From Chiloscyllium plagiosum (taxonomy: Eukaryota): a DNA stretch of 20,000 nucleotides. Of the stretch, positions 1 to 13,569 are shown in pieces. The translations under genes were made by a program, and so were the position numbers. The notes under the pieces were generated by a model. That model had not been told where the DNA came from. It ran no database searches and saw only the letters and a program-made list of their open reading frames with translations. The stretch spans positions 77,152,323 through 77,172,322 of the forward strand of contig NC_057719.1 of assembly GCF_004010195.1 (NCBI RefSeq). Reading direction: 5' to 3'. Every line of letters starts with the position of its first letter. Within the stretch, counting starts at the first letter, position 1.

Positions 1-732
1 AGTAGGTACTCCTCTAATAGCTATATAACCAAGAATTATAATGAGTTGTGACTATCCATAAAGGTATAATGAATGGTTAATTAATTTAATTACTGTATTA
101 TATTATCTCAAAATAATGCATTTCCAAATAGTCTGGCAATAATGTCGACAGAGGATTTACCAGAATAATGCTGTAATATTAGCTCCATTTTTCAGGAAGG
201 AGCAAGTTCAAAATGAAAATTAACTATTAAGAATTCAAAAGGTCATTTAAAAATATGAGGGGCAGCTTAAAAAATGACCTGAGAAATATCTTTAGGGAAA
301 TAATAAAGGATAAACAACACAGTGAATGTGCTATTAACTAGCCTTAGTTGAGGTTATTATCCCAAGCTCCTTTGCTAATATTTCACTTTATTGGCATGGG
401 TCCGCTGCCAGTACTCTTAAAGCATGTAATTGGATCAATTTTTAAAACTGAATTTGAAGGAAGGAACATTTCCATGATTGTTGAAATGTAATTACAATTT
501 AGTGCAATTAACATTTAAGTTTCACCTCAGAAGGGAAAATTCTTCATACTTTTGGCAAATAAAACACTTGGATCAATGCTTTTCATTTCAGATTAGGAAC
601 TGGTTCAAAATGTTCAAAGCATTACAAAGATATATTTGATTTGGGTAACATGATATTTTCATTGCTAAGTGTGTATCTGTAAACATATTCTGGTTGCAAG
701 TTTCGCTGACATCCTGGTCACTGCAAAGATGA

Positions 733-1038
<306 letters not shown>

Positions 1039-1479
1039 TAAGGTGTTTCTCTTTATTATTATTTTCCTCAGCTAAATCCCTAGTTTTATTCCCCATTTTT
1101 TAAAGTTGCCTTGGCGAAATAAAGTTTTTGACAAATGCAGTGGATATTTGATCACTGGTAGTTCTTAGCCATTTCCCAAACCTGACAGCTCAAGAAGCTT
1201 CAGAAATGCGAATGCCCAAAAATCTGATGTACATTGGTTTTTAGATCCAATTTCACAGATTGGGTGTTGCTTTGCTTTTGCCTATTTGTTCTGGGCTGTC
1301 CGTGGAGATTTGGTAACTACTTATGAAACGTTAAGGAACTGTAAATCTATACAGTATTCTTAGCTTTTCCATTGTGCAAGAATTGTTACTCAAAGATATT
1401 TTTATTTCAATGTCTTTGACTAGATAGAGAAAACACATTAGAAGGCATGACTATATAAAGGAAATGGGCAGTTTTAAAA

Positions 1480-3110
1480 CACTATTGGCTTACTGTAACA
1501 GTATATTCATCCAAGGAACAAAAACGAAATAAAGATCAGTCAACCGTGCCTGCCAAAAGACTTAGGGATTTTTTTTTGTTGAGAAAGCTCATGAGATGGC
1601 CAGAAATAGTGCTAAATCTCAGGATGGGAAAGATTTTAAAATATCACAAAGGCAGACCAAGGAACTGGTAAGGAAGAACAAATACAATTGCAATCTGGCA
1701 AAAATATAAAAATGGACTGTGACACCTGCGACAAGTATGTTTTAAAAAAAAAAGAAACATTTGGCTGAGATGAATGAAGTAAAGTCGTGACAATTTAGAA
1801 TGGGGAATGGAGAAATGGCAGAGAAGCGAAATGATTACTTTCTGTCTGTTTTCACTTAGGAAGATACAGGAAAGCTCCCAGAATTAGAGGTCCAAGTGAT
1901 TAAGGAGAATGAACAGTTGAAAGAAATTCGTATTAAGGTAGTACTAGAGAAATTAATGGGGCTGAAAGTTGGTAACTCCCTGGGACCTGATGGTCTACAT
2001 CCCCGAGCTTTGAGGGAGATGGCTACAGAGAGAGTTAAAACATTGGTGATTATCTTCAAATATTCTATGGATTCTGGAATGATTTCTGTAGATTGGAATC
2101 TTGCAAATGTTTATCCCATTATTTAAAAATAAGGTTTAGGTTAGCTCAGTTGCTGGATTGGTGGTTTGCAATGCAAACAATTTGGGTTCAGTTCCTGCAC
2201 CAATTGAGGTTGCAAAAAAGACTCTCCTCCTCAATCTATCCCTCCATCTGAGGAGTCATGACACTTGGGTTAAACCATCACCAGTCATCTTTCTCTTAAT
2301 GACAGAGCAGACCTTTGGTTTGCTGTGATTATGGTGACTTTGCTTTTTATCTTTTATTTTATTTTTCCCTTGCTCTTTTCTTAAATAGTCTGGGAATTGT
2401 AGACCTACCTGCCTTACATCATTAGGGAATATGTTAGAATCATCATAATGACTGAACACTTGGGTAAAAATAGTCAGATTACACATCGTCAGCATGCATT
2501 TGCAAATGCAAGATCATGTTTGATGAATTTATCACAGTATTATAAGATTGTTACTTAAAAAAATGAGAGATGAGACTCTATGGATGTAGTATATTTGGAT
2601 TTTCAGAAGACTTTTGATATGATCCTCCACTTAATATGTCTTAGAAAAATTAAAGCATGTGAGATAGGAGGTAATGTAGTGCGATGGATTAAGGGTTGGC
2701 TAACAAGTGGGATGGTGGGACTGTGTTATGAAGTCTGTGCATGTTCTCTCCAGTTTCAAAGAATGGTCATCTCATTGAAAGCTACAAAACACTCGAAGAG
2801 TTAGACAGGGTAGATGCAGATAGGATGTACTCCCCGGTCGAGGGTGGTTTAAAATAAAGGGATGATATTTGGATTAAGATGAAGAGAAATTTCTTTCCTC
2901 AGGGTGATGAACCTTTCGCATTCCGTACCCCAGAGGACTGTGGAAGTTTCAATTTTGAGTACATTTGAAGTACATTTGATTGTCAATGGCATAAAGGGAG
3001 ATGGGGATAGTAAGGTAAAAGACAATTGATGTGTTCAGTCCGCTGTGATTATATTGACTGGCAGAGCAGGCTCAACAGGCTGAATTACTTCAAACTGTTT
3101 ATGCTCCTAT
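1480..3110 (+). mobile_element. Decayed, internally deleted CR1-type LINE (ORF2/RT remnants and 3' end), interrupted by a SINE
   Basis: Remnant ORF2 motifs GPDGLHPRALREMA and DWNLANVYPII (1896-2126), GNCRP (NYRP-like) at about 2392, and MDVVYLDFQKTFD (2580). CR1-like 3' UTR ending near gcagagcaggctcaacaggctgaa. Contains stops and frameshifts. Confidence 0.85.
2135..2382 (+). mobile_element. tRNA-derived SINE (family A) nested in the CR1
   Basis: A-box-like TAGCTCAGTTG (2142-2152), B-box-like GGTTCAGTTCC (2185-2195), T-rich tail. CR1 coding sequence resumes right after. An inverted homologous copy lies at about 12012-12235. Confidence 0.75.
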
Positions 3111-3199
3111 ATTTTCTCATATACAAATTTTGAACTTGGTACAGACACATTGGCTTTGAGGATACTTTCAATTTGGAATGTTTGCCATTTTTATAATTC

Positions 3200-3532
3200 T
3201 TCCACAGGATATGGGCATCATTGGCGAGGACAGCATTTATTGTCCATCGTTGCCCTTTGAGAGCTGTTAAATGTCAACCACGTTGCATTGGGTCTGGAAA
3301 CATGTGTAGGCCTGGCCAAGGAAGAATGGCAGATTTCCTGCCTTCTCTAAAGGACATTACTGTACCAGATGGGTTTTTACAACCATCAGTATGAGGCCAG
3401 CTTTATATTCTAGACTAACCAGTTGAATTCAAATTGCAGGAAGAGCCATAGTGGGATATGGATCCCTGTCCCTAAAGCTTTTGTATGGGCTTCTAGATTA
3501 CTAATCCATTGACAATACAATATGTTGCCATC
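3200..3532 (-). mobile_element. tRNA-derived SINE (family B), decayed
   Basis: Colinear similarity to 7262-7598 (gggcatca-tggc..cagcatttattg, gtcaa-ca-ttgc..gggtctg, cagatgggttt). Confidence 0.75.
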
Positions 3533-3763
3533 TTTCCTAAAATTATTTAAAGAAGACATTTAACTTACGTAAATTTTATTTTTTCAAGTGAAACTAATGG
3601 ATCCCATCAGGTTTTTTTTGTAGAATGGGATTCTTTCATCTGATTAACAGCTTTAATACCATATTAAAGGTACAGTACAATTAGATAGTTATATTGTTGT
3701 ATTCATGGAAGTGCAAAAATGCATAGATTTACTTATTTATTACTGAATACATCAATTTAATAG

Positions 3764-4105
<342 letters not shown>

Positions 4106-4604
4106 TGATGTAAGATAAACAGGTGTGCTGACCTTTCTGGTCTTGACTGAGAGCTAAACAGAGATGGATCTTGTGCAATTCTGATTTTGCATGTGTTAAC
4201 TGTATCATAGATTGACCTATAGCAATTAATTTCTGATAAAATTTAGTTGCCTATTCTATATTAATTACAATGTTCATATGACTCAGTGAGGTGTCTTGAT
4301 TGGCTATCCTTGCAGGCCTCATGAGACACCAAGTGATAGAATGGGGTGCCTCCATTAACACAGTTTAGTGGAGAAGTTAATGTGATATATTCAGTTGTTG
4401 GAACTGCTGACCACAGTCACACTTCATGCCATCCTTCATCTTCCATTTATGGTGGATCTCTGTCAACTTTGCAGAATGTGTATTTGGTTAAACACGAGCC
4501 ACTGTCCTCGATGTACTGCTGCTGTCAGGTTGTTGAAAGGGTGGTCGTTATTTATGCTGTATATGTCTTACGATTTCATTGGTCTTGGTAGTGGGGAGTC
4601 CTCT

Positions 4605-6200
4605 TTGTCATCTTAGGTAGTCCCTCGGGGTTGAGGATTCATTGTTTCTACTCCAGTTTAATAGGTTCTGAAATTACTAATAATTTTCATGTGTGATCTG
4701 CAGACTCTGTTACATGTGAGGTACGTGGTGCTTGAAGGGTTGGTTCAATGAACTTTTTTTGAGGTTTGTGCATTCTTTTTGATGTTTCCACCTCACGTTT
4801 TGAACATTTTCAACGAAGTGTCTCGGTGTGTTCACTGTCTTCTCTGATTTAGACAGTCACAAGCTAGGTACTCCTGTAAATTGGCAGTGATGTTTGACCT
4901 CTTCTGGGTTGCTTTGAGGACATCCCTAATATGACCCTGCTGTCTTCCTGGAAGTCTTCTGATGCAAACAGGTTTTGAGTAGAGCAGTTATTTTAGGAGC
5001 CTGTTGTCAGGCATACAAATTACAATCCAACCCAGCAGAGCCAGTTTTGAATAATTAGTGTCTTGACGCTTGGCAGGTTGCCTTAGGAGAGAAAATTGCT
5101 ACGAGGTTTGCAGGACTTTGAGGTGCCTTCTATAAGTTTTTCAAGTCTCTAAAGTAATTCACTGCACAGATCTTAGTCTGAGGTTTGAGATCCTGGGTCC
5201 TCAAGTTCTCTCTTCAGTCAATGAAAGGCTGACTAGGTAAACTGGGGGTGCTGATTAAATTTCCTGCCTTTGCAAGAAGATGCTCCCAAGACATGTAAAA
5301 TGTTCCACCTTTCAAGGTTTTCATCTTTGATCCTAAATCTGTAGGATTTGTGCTGTGGAGCTGTTTAAACCTTCGTTTCCCACGTGCTTAGTAAAAGGCT
5401 CATTTGTTCATACATTTTGGTGAAGGACTTACCAATGATCTGAGGCTCAGTGAGTTATTGAACATGTGTTCAAGAGTCTTTTGCATGCTAAAGCTCAGTG
5501 ATGAAGTTGAAGTGATTTCAATTTTGGATGGAAGTCAGCATAGCTTGAACAATTTGCAGCTGTTTTGTAGACTATCTACACAACTGTGGGTGATTTGCTG
5601 CAGTTGAGATGTAGCATTGTAGCTGGGAAATGAAAAGAAGAGTTTATTCAGTTATTCAAAGTCATTTGAACCCAATTTTCATTGAAATGCCTGTGGTGTT
5701 TCTTTTGATGAGGAAACAGCTTGTATATCTTCATGGTTCAAGTAAAAGATGGTAGTGACAAAGTTCTGAGGTCATGCCATATTTTGTGAGAATACTGCAT
5801 AAACCTTTGTGGTTTACAAGGAGTTTATGGTGTCAGAAAAAAACCACAGACAGTGGTTGTTCTGTTTTTCACACACTTTGTGACTTTGCTACTCAGTGAA
5901 GGTCTGTTCCGTCTCTGTGGGTGAAACCATTCTGTGACTCTTGAAGGAGTTCTTTGCTGCAGGAGGTGGTTTAGGGGGATCCTTGCAATGATTGTCCCTG
6001 GGGCAGATCACAAGGAGAACTTTATGGTCTCTGTAATTAATACAATTGGACTTGTAGTTGTCCTCTAATTTTTTCAGTGTCATCATGTGTCTCTTAGCTC
6101 CCCAGTATGAGCTGTTATCCCCTGATGAGGAATATGAGGTTGTGCAGTCTTGTCACGATTACCATTTCAGAATTTCAGCTACATAAATATTAGCTGCAGT
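4605..6200 (-). mobile_element. Decayed RTE-clade LINE (RT region to 3' end)
   Basis: Minus-strand translation gives WLCWVG..ICMPDNRLLK*LLYSKP..RRLPGRQQGHIRDVLKAT (about 4910-5060), resembling the RTE motif LRWAGHVVRMPDNRLPKQLLY. Also ESQNGF (about 5923-5940) and KSNCINYR (about 6030-6053). RTE-like 3' end cctcaaccccgagggactacctaa at about 4613-4637. Confidence 0.8.
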
Positions 6201-6658
6201 TTCCCAGAGTTAAGTGCTTTTCTGACTATTTTTCACATCTTCATGAACGGTGAGGTCAATACTACTCATTACTTTATTCGATCTCTTGGAGCACAATGGC
6301 AAAACACAAATGATTAGTGAGGCAATATGAAACAACACCAAAAATCATAGAGTGGACTTACTCATCCTTGACACTGAACATATTAAATGTTTAGATCGAC
6401 ATTCATGATCTCCATTTGACTCTGGAGTTCTGTGCGGCAGAGACGAGGGGAAATATTGCTAAGCAAATTGTTAACTAAGTAAATAAAATGCAAAAACTTA
6501 GTAATGCTATCATGTAATTGAGTCAGCAAAACCGTCATTAAACTGGAAGAAGATTGAGTATTTTTAGCAATCTAACTTCAACCAGAATTTCAATCAAGTG
6601 TAACATAAAAATGCTGAGTATTAATGTCTGTACTTAATATTTTTCTTTTTGATTTTAG

Positions 6659-8269
<1,611 letters not shown>

Positions 8270-9127
8270 TAAGTGCATTGAATATGATGCATTAGTACAT
8301 TCAGCACATGTTAGTAAAAGAGGTATGCTATTTAAAAATAAAAACAAGTTTCCTTTTGGTATATCTTATATTGACATTTTTCTTTCCTTGGTTGCATTCG
8401 GCTTTTTGTTATTGCTACTATGTAATGCTAACAGTACACTGACATCTAATTTATGAAGTTGACATTTATTATCCATAGGGCTGAAATTTTGCCACAAGTA
8501 AAATTAATGAATTCTCATTTCAGACATGCAGTGACTGCAGTAGGCACTGGCAAAACATCTCTAACACAGTCAGACACAAAATATAGCACTCTTTGCTCTG
8601 ACATTGTGCCACATCTGTCATACTAGATGAGAACGCCAAACGTGTTTCCCTTTACCCCTGTCTGTCCTGTGAGACTGCACATTCTAAGAATTAGAGGACT
8701 ATGTTGATCTGTCAAAATGTAACCACCAGGCACTGCATTGAAACTACCCAAACCTGTACTTAGCATTTTATATCTGGCAGGCAGAAGAGATTTTCAATTA
8801 AACATCTCAAAATGAACTTGAAACCTGATATCAGAAACAAAAGACGAGATCCTACTCCCTTCACCTGTTTACTTCCAGTTGCATTCTGTTCCCAGCCCTT
8901 GGAGCTTGAGTTATCCTCACTTAAATGCTTTATACCTTCTCTCTTTCCCTCTCAAGTAGCAGCAAGCATTCTCTTGGGCTGACATTTTGATTTCTGAAGG
9001 ACCTGACCACCCCCCCCTCCGCCAACCGTTAACATTCTCTGGTTGATTTAATGTGTGTTACTGCTGACTTTTGCAATTTTACTTTGTGCTGCAGGATTCT
9101 GTGTTAAAACTTCAATTTGTTTTGTAG

Positions 9128-9186
9128 CACGAAGCGGGTGGACCATTCAAACACCAGGCTGGCTTCTCAACTCGACAGAAACCCAG
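9128..9186 (+). CDS. PCNX1: PCNX1 internal coding exon E (59 nt, phase 2 to phase 1)
   Basis: Acceptor ttgttttgtag|C, donor CAG|gtgaga. Encodes (N)TKRVDHSNTRLASQLDRNP(G), in frame with exons D and F. Confidence 0.94.
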
Positions 9187-10424
9187 GTGAGATATGAGAT
9201 ACTTTTTAGAAACTGATTTATTATATAAATGTAAGTCAAGCAAGATCTTCACTGGATTACCCCTTAATCTTCAAGGTTACACAGTCTATCCTCTATCTCT
9301 AAGCCCTGGTATAGTTCTGACGGTACATGTGGAAATTGACATGTATGACGAGGATGTCCTCTGGCTGAAGACCTGGTGGGAACTGCACAGCATTGTAGTA
9401 TTAGATACTTAAGTAGGTGACATTAGGTCTTCCCCTGGAGTAAGGACCCCTCGGAGATCCCTGGAATCAACTCACCAGTCAGAGGCCAGAAGCTATTCTT
9501 TGGGAGAAGGGACAGCTTCCACTGGTACACTGACCAGAGACCCAGGATCACAGAGTGGCCCCCAAACCCAAGGTGATTGAGGGCAGGATGGGAGTCATGA
9601 GGTGTGAGTTGGGGGTGGTGTGGGGAGAGGGGAGGTGCTCAAGGGAGACCGGGCAAGGGCAAGGGAGTGACTTAAGCAGAGCCATCCCTTCTAATACCTG
9701 ACAATAGCAGATACCCCACTCAGATGCCCACAAGCCAAATCGATAGGATTTGCATTTTGGACTTCAGGCATGGTGATTCCAAGGCAGATGGATGAGGCCC
9801 TTAAGTGAGCCTCAGTCAATATTCTTGGTGAATGCCGTCTATAAGCTTCTCACAGTGGACTGAATTGGATGAAGTCAGGAAAGTGGTGAGGAACCCATTC
9901 ACCTGATTAAATGCCTCCCACCTCCAAACAATGCAAAGGACAGGGTTGAATTTTTCCCAACATATTATTTCTCAAATCCTCAACTTGCTGCTGTTTGCAT
10001 TCCTACCACTGACTTTGCCCTTTGTCAATATGCTCACCTCAGGTGAGGCGTGAGTCTGAGTTGGTTTTTACAAGGTACAATTCTAAAGTATTCAGAATCA
10101 ATCTTCATCTCAGTTCAGCTCAATTACTTGTGTCAGTCATTTTTCATTTTATACAGCTCACTAGAACGAATATGTTATTGAAGGCTTCAGTGGAACAAGT
10201 ACTTCAAAGTTGCCCATTTGCCAAATAAAACCGGTGGAGTTCATCTGAGAGCAATACACCTTTTCAGAACTCATAAATAATCTGTAAGCGAAGCAGTGTA
10301 ACTGTGCAATGACTGTCAGTTTTATCCTAGAAATTGTACCAGTATTGCACTATTGTTAGCAATACTACAGCACAAAGTATTTTAGGCAAATTAATTCTAT
10401 TGGAATTCAGCAGATTAATTGTTC

Positions 10425-10715
10425 TATGGTGGTTAAAATGTTTAAAGGATACAATGAGGTAGATACAAAGGAAATAATTTCAACAATGAAGGAATGAAGA
10501 ATGCAATGACATAATCTTAAAATTAGAGTTAAGGCTGCTTAAGGGGTAAATCAGCTGACACATTTTCCAACCAAAGGGAATCTGGAATTTTCTTCCCTGT
10601 ACAAGTGCTGTTTTGCTTCACCATTGATGGCCAGAACAATTTATTGAGTTGGGAAAATTGATGTTTTCACTTCCAATTTTATTAGATTTAAGGAGAAATA
10701 TGGAGCAACAGCAGA
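10425..10715 (+). mobile_element. Decayed CR1-like 3' fragment
   Basis: aaaatgtttaaagga..gaggtagata..cataatcttaaaattagag..ggaatctggaattttcttccc resembles the CR1 ORF2 C-terminal region also seen at 13185-13536. Confidence 0.55.
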
Positions 10716-11313
10716 CAGTCCTTAAAACCCCACATCTCTAACTTAATATTTCTTTTGTATTGCTCAGTGCCACAATTTTATAATGCTTCTGTAATGTTTT
10801 ATTGTGCTACTGACAATCAGGTGGATTTTATGCCCATTCATAATTTTCCAATTTCACTTAAGATCCCTCCCTCACCACAACCTCATTCAACTCCCCCAGT
10901 GTTGGTAAATTATCAGGCTAGTTGTCTGACTTTCAATACTGGCTGAAAAATATTCTCCGGTTAAGTATTGTGAAAACCAAAGACATTCCCTATAATTGCT
11001 ATACAATCTCTATTCCCTAGCTATTGACTTAATCTCTTTCCACTGACATTAGTTGCACCAGTACATTGGCAGACCATTTAGTCATGCCAACAGCTGGGCT
11101 GCCTATTTCCAAGTCAGTAGCATTGCCTGAGTCCACCTTTGTTTCAGCCCAAACCTTCATCCATGCTTTTATTATCTCCAGACTTGACTATTTAAATATT
11201 CTCTATATTTAAGGAGAAATATGGAGCAACAGCAGACAGTCCTTAAAACCCCACATCTCTAACTTAATATTTCTTTTGTGTTGCTCAGTGCCACAATTTT
11301 ATAATGCTTCTGT
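10686..11313 (+). repeat. 107-bp dispersed direct repeat (10686-10792 and 11207-11313), one mismatch
   Basis: atttaaggagaaatatggagc...ataatgcttctgt occurs twice. The only difference is a10759 versus g11280. Confidence 0.97.
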
Positions 11314-11815
11314 TTGCTGAATATTTAAATACATTCCTGACCAAGCTCCTCCATTCTTCCCTCTATAAACATGAGGTCACCCAGTGCACTGCTTTGCATG
11401 TCCTAGCTCCTATCCTGTTCATCCACTGCCCTTATGCTTCCATTTAATCAGTATCCCACATCCTAAAATTCTCATCCATGTTTTCGAATCTCTATCTTTT
11501 TAATCGACTTTAATATCTCCTCTCCAGCCCTCCGTTATCTATGCTGATCTAAGTTTAGTCTGTTGAGCATGTCCAATTTAATTCCTCTATGATGGATGGC
11601 TGAAGCCTTTGTCGGCTAATCCCTCTGGAATTCCCTCACTGAACCTCTATCTTTATAGTTGTCTTTCCTCCAAGACACTGCATAATGCATATCCCTTTGG
11701 CCATCTGACCTGATTTAATCTTGTGTGACACAATGTCAAATTCTGCTTGTAAGATTCTGAAGCACTTTGGGATAATTTATTACATAAATGGACATTCTGT
11801 AAATACAAGTTGCAA
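11100..11815 (+). mobile_element. L2-type LINE 3' fragment (interrupted by the 107-bp duplicate)
   Basis: aaaccttcatccatgcttttattatctccagacttgactatt (TFIHAFIISRLDY, L2 RT C-terminal SRLDY motif) and an L2-like tail tgaagcactttggga..taaatacaagttg. Confidence 0.75.
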
Positions 11816-12011
11816 TCTTATTTTCTGTTACTTAATTTTTCAAGTTAGGTAAGTTTCTTCTTGTGTTTGCTGAATTATCCTCTTTTGTCAATACATATGC
11901 TTCTTCCGAGTACAGAAACCTTAAATAAGATTAACACTTTGGCACATCCAATTTAAAAATATTGCACCAGTCTATTAAACAGCATTTTATAGTTTTTAAC
12001 GAATTTGGATG

Positions 12012-12235
12012 TAAAAGTAGAGTTACCGTAGTCCCGGGGGTCAGTGGACTGCTGTCTCATTAGAGAGAAACAACTGGTGGTGAATTCAACCTGAAGATTT
12101 TCACACCTCCGCCTCGGGCCGAGGTTGAAGAAGTGGGACCTTCATGGTGACCATAGCCAATACAACAATTAAACCCATGCTGTTGGCATCACTCTGCATC
12201 ACAAGCCAGCAGGTCTAGCCAATTGAACCATGTAC
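12012..12235 (-). mobile_element. SINE family A, second copy (antisense)
   Basis: Reverse complement aligns with 2140-2345 (caccaccagttgtttctctctaatgagacagcag versus catcaccagtcatctttctcttaatgacagagcag, and tail actacggtaactct versus attatggtgacttt). Confidence 0.75.
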
Positions 12236-12921
12236 TGTGATCATACAATGTATCCTTCACAATATTCAGCGAAGCAAAAGACCATTTCATCATAATGGGA
12301 TGTGCTTAAGTGATGACGGTGCATGTCGGCCTGCATATGCAGGTTTACCATGATGTACGTCATTTCCATTCTCAACAATGAAAAATCTCTGGCTGTCACT
12401 TTGTAGATGGCATCACTGCAATGCAATGCTGCAAGTTATGTCACGTCTCCACAAAAGCCATGAAAAATACCTTCCTTTCAAATTATGCTCTTATAATCCC
12501 AATTCATATTATAAGACCTATTATAAAACTTGCAAACTAAAAACATACAATGAGCAGTTCGATACAATATCTCCATAAAGAAAATTGGATGATGCGGTTC
12601 ATCACTTTTTTACCTCCCCTCAGATTTGGCCCAGGCTAATTCATACAAGCCTTTTTCTCTGAAGCCTTTTAAGGTCTCAACTGTAATAATTTGAATTATT
12701 TCAGTTCAATTTCTAGTGAGTATTGGAGTCAGCGAAGTATTGATAGCTAACCTCAGGCTATCAAGATTACTGGTGCAGGAAATGAGAAAGTTAGATAAGT
12801 TGTGTTCTTGTGAGATTGGAGTTGAGATGCATTTGAGAACGTGAATATAGTGTTTATTCTGTCCCATTTTATATCTGACCATCCAGTGGTTGATGCTAAA
12901 TGGGTTTTCTTGGTGTGTTTA

Positions 12922-13015
12922 CAGTGGCATAATGTCGATTGTTACATGGCGAGTAATTCAGTCAGCCCGAGACTAGTAGTGTAGAGACACAGCTCAAATC
13001 CCAGCTCATCAGTTG
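12922..13015 (+). mobile_element. Degenerate tRNA-like SINE head (family B-like)
   Basis: gtggcataatg..gagtaattcag..gctcaaatccca resembles the A/B-box head of the 7262-7598 element. Confidence 0.4.
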
Positions 13016-13184
13016 TAGTCAGGGGCAAGTTCTATGCTGTATTGACTCCACGTCATCTTGTAGTTTCAGGTCTCACTTTTCATTCTCATTGCTTCTCCCA
13101 AATCCCTCAAGTCCACTTTCTGATCCATGTAAAATCCAAATAAACTGAAATCGTAAACTTTTTTCAGCTATGACTGTAGGATGT

Positions 13185-13536
13185 TGAGAGGCAATCTGAT
13201 AGAAATTTATAAAATAACAAATGGTATATACAGTAGTTGTGGGATTTCAAGACCAGGGGACACATTTTTAAGGTGAGAGGAAAGAGATTTAAAAAAAGAC
13301 CTGAGAGGCAGTTTTTAAAACAGGCTGGTTAGAGTGTGGACTGAACTATCTGAGGAAGTGGTGGATGTGGATACAATTACAACATTTAAAAGACATTTGG
13401 ATAAGTACATGATTAGAAAAGGTTTAGAGGGATACAATCCTGGAGCAAGCAGGTGGGATTAGTTTGGGATTATGATCGGCATGGACTGATTGAACTGAAA
13501 GGACTGTTTCCGTGCCGTTTGACTCTGACTATGACT
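13185..13536 (+). mobile_element. CR1-type LINE 3' end with short tandem tail
   Basis: Starts LRGNLIEIYKI (CR1 RGDLIEVYKI motif), contains acatttaaaagacatttggata, ends gactctgactatgact. Homologous in inverted orientation to 19831-20000. Confidence 0.85.
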
Positions 13537-13569
13537 GTGTTACTTAATCTATCTGTAGTTGCTTTGTTG

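Noticed and set aside
140..320. Possible very old CR1 fragment (taatattagctccatttttcaggaagg)
   Set aside because: One degenerate motif only, too decayed to support as a feature.
2140..2200. tRNA gene from A/B boxes (also at 7520-7598)
   Set aside because: No cloverleaf is evident, and the boxes lead into SINE bodies that recur elsewhere in the window.
4270..4600. Overlapping ORFs 4346-4591 and 4395-4616 as a coding exon
   Set aside because: PCNX1 exons B and C join without a gap, there is no recognisable protein similarity, and the region abuts the RTE 3' end.
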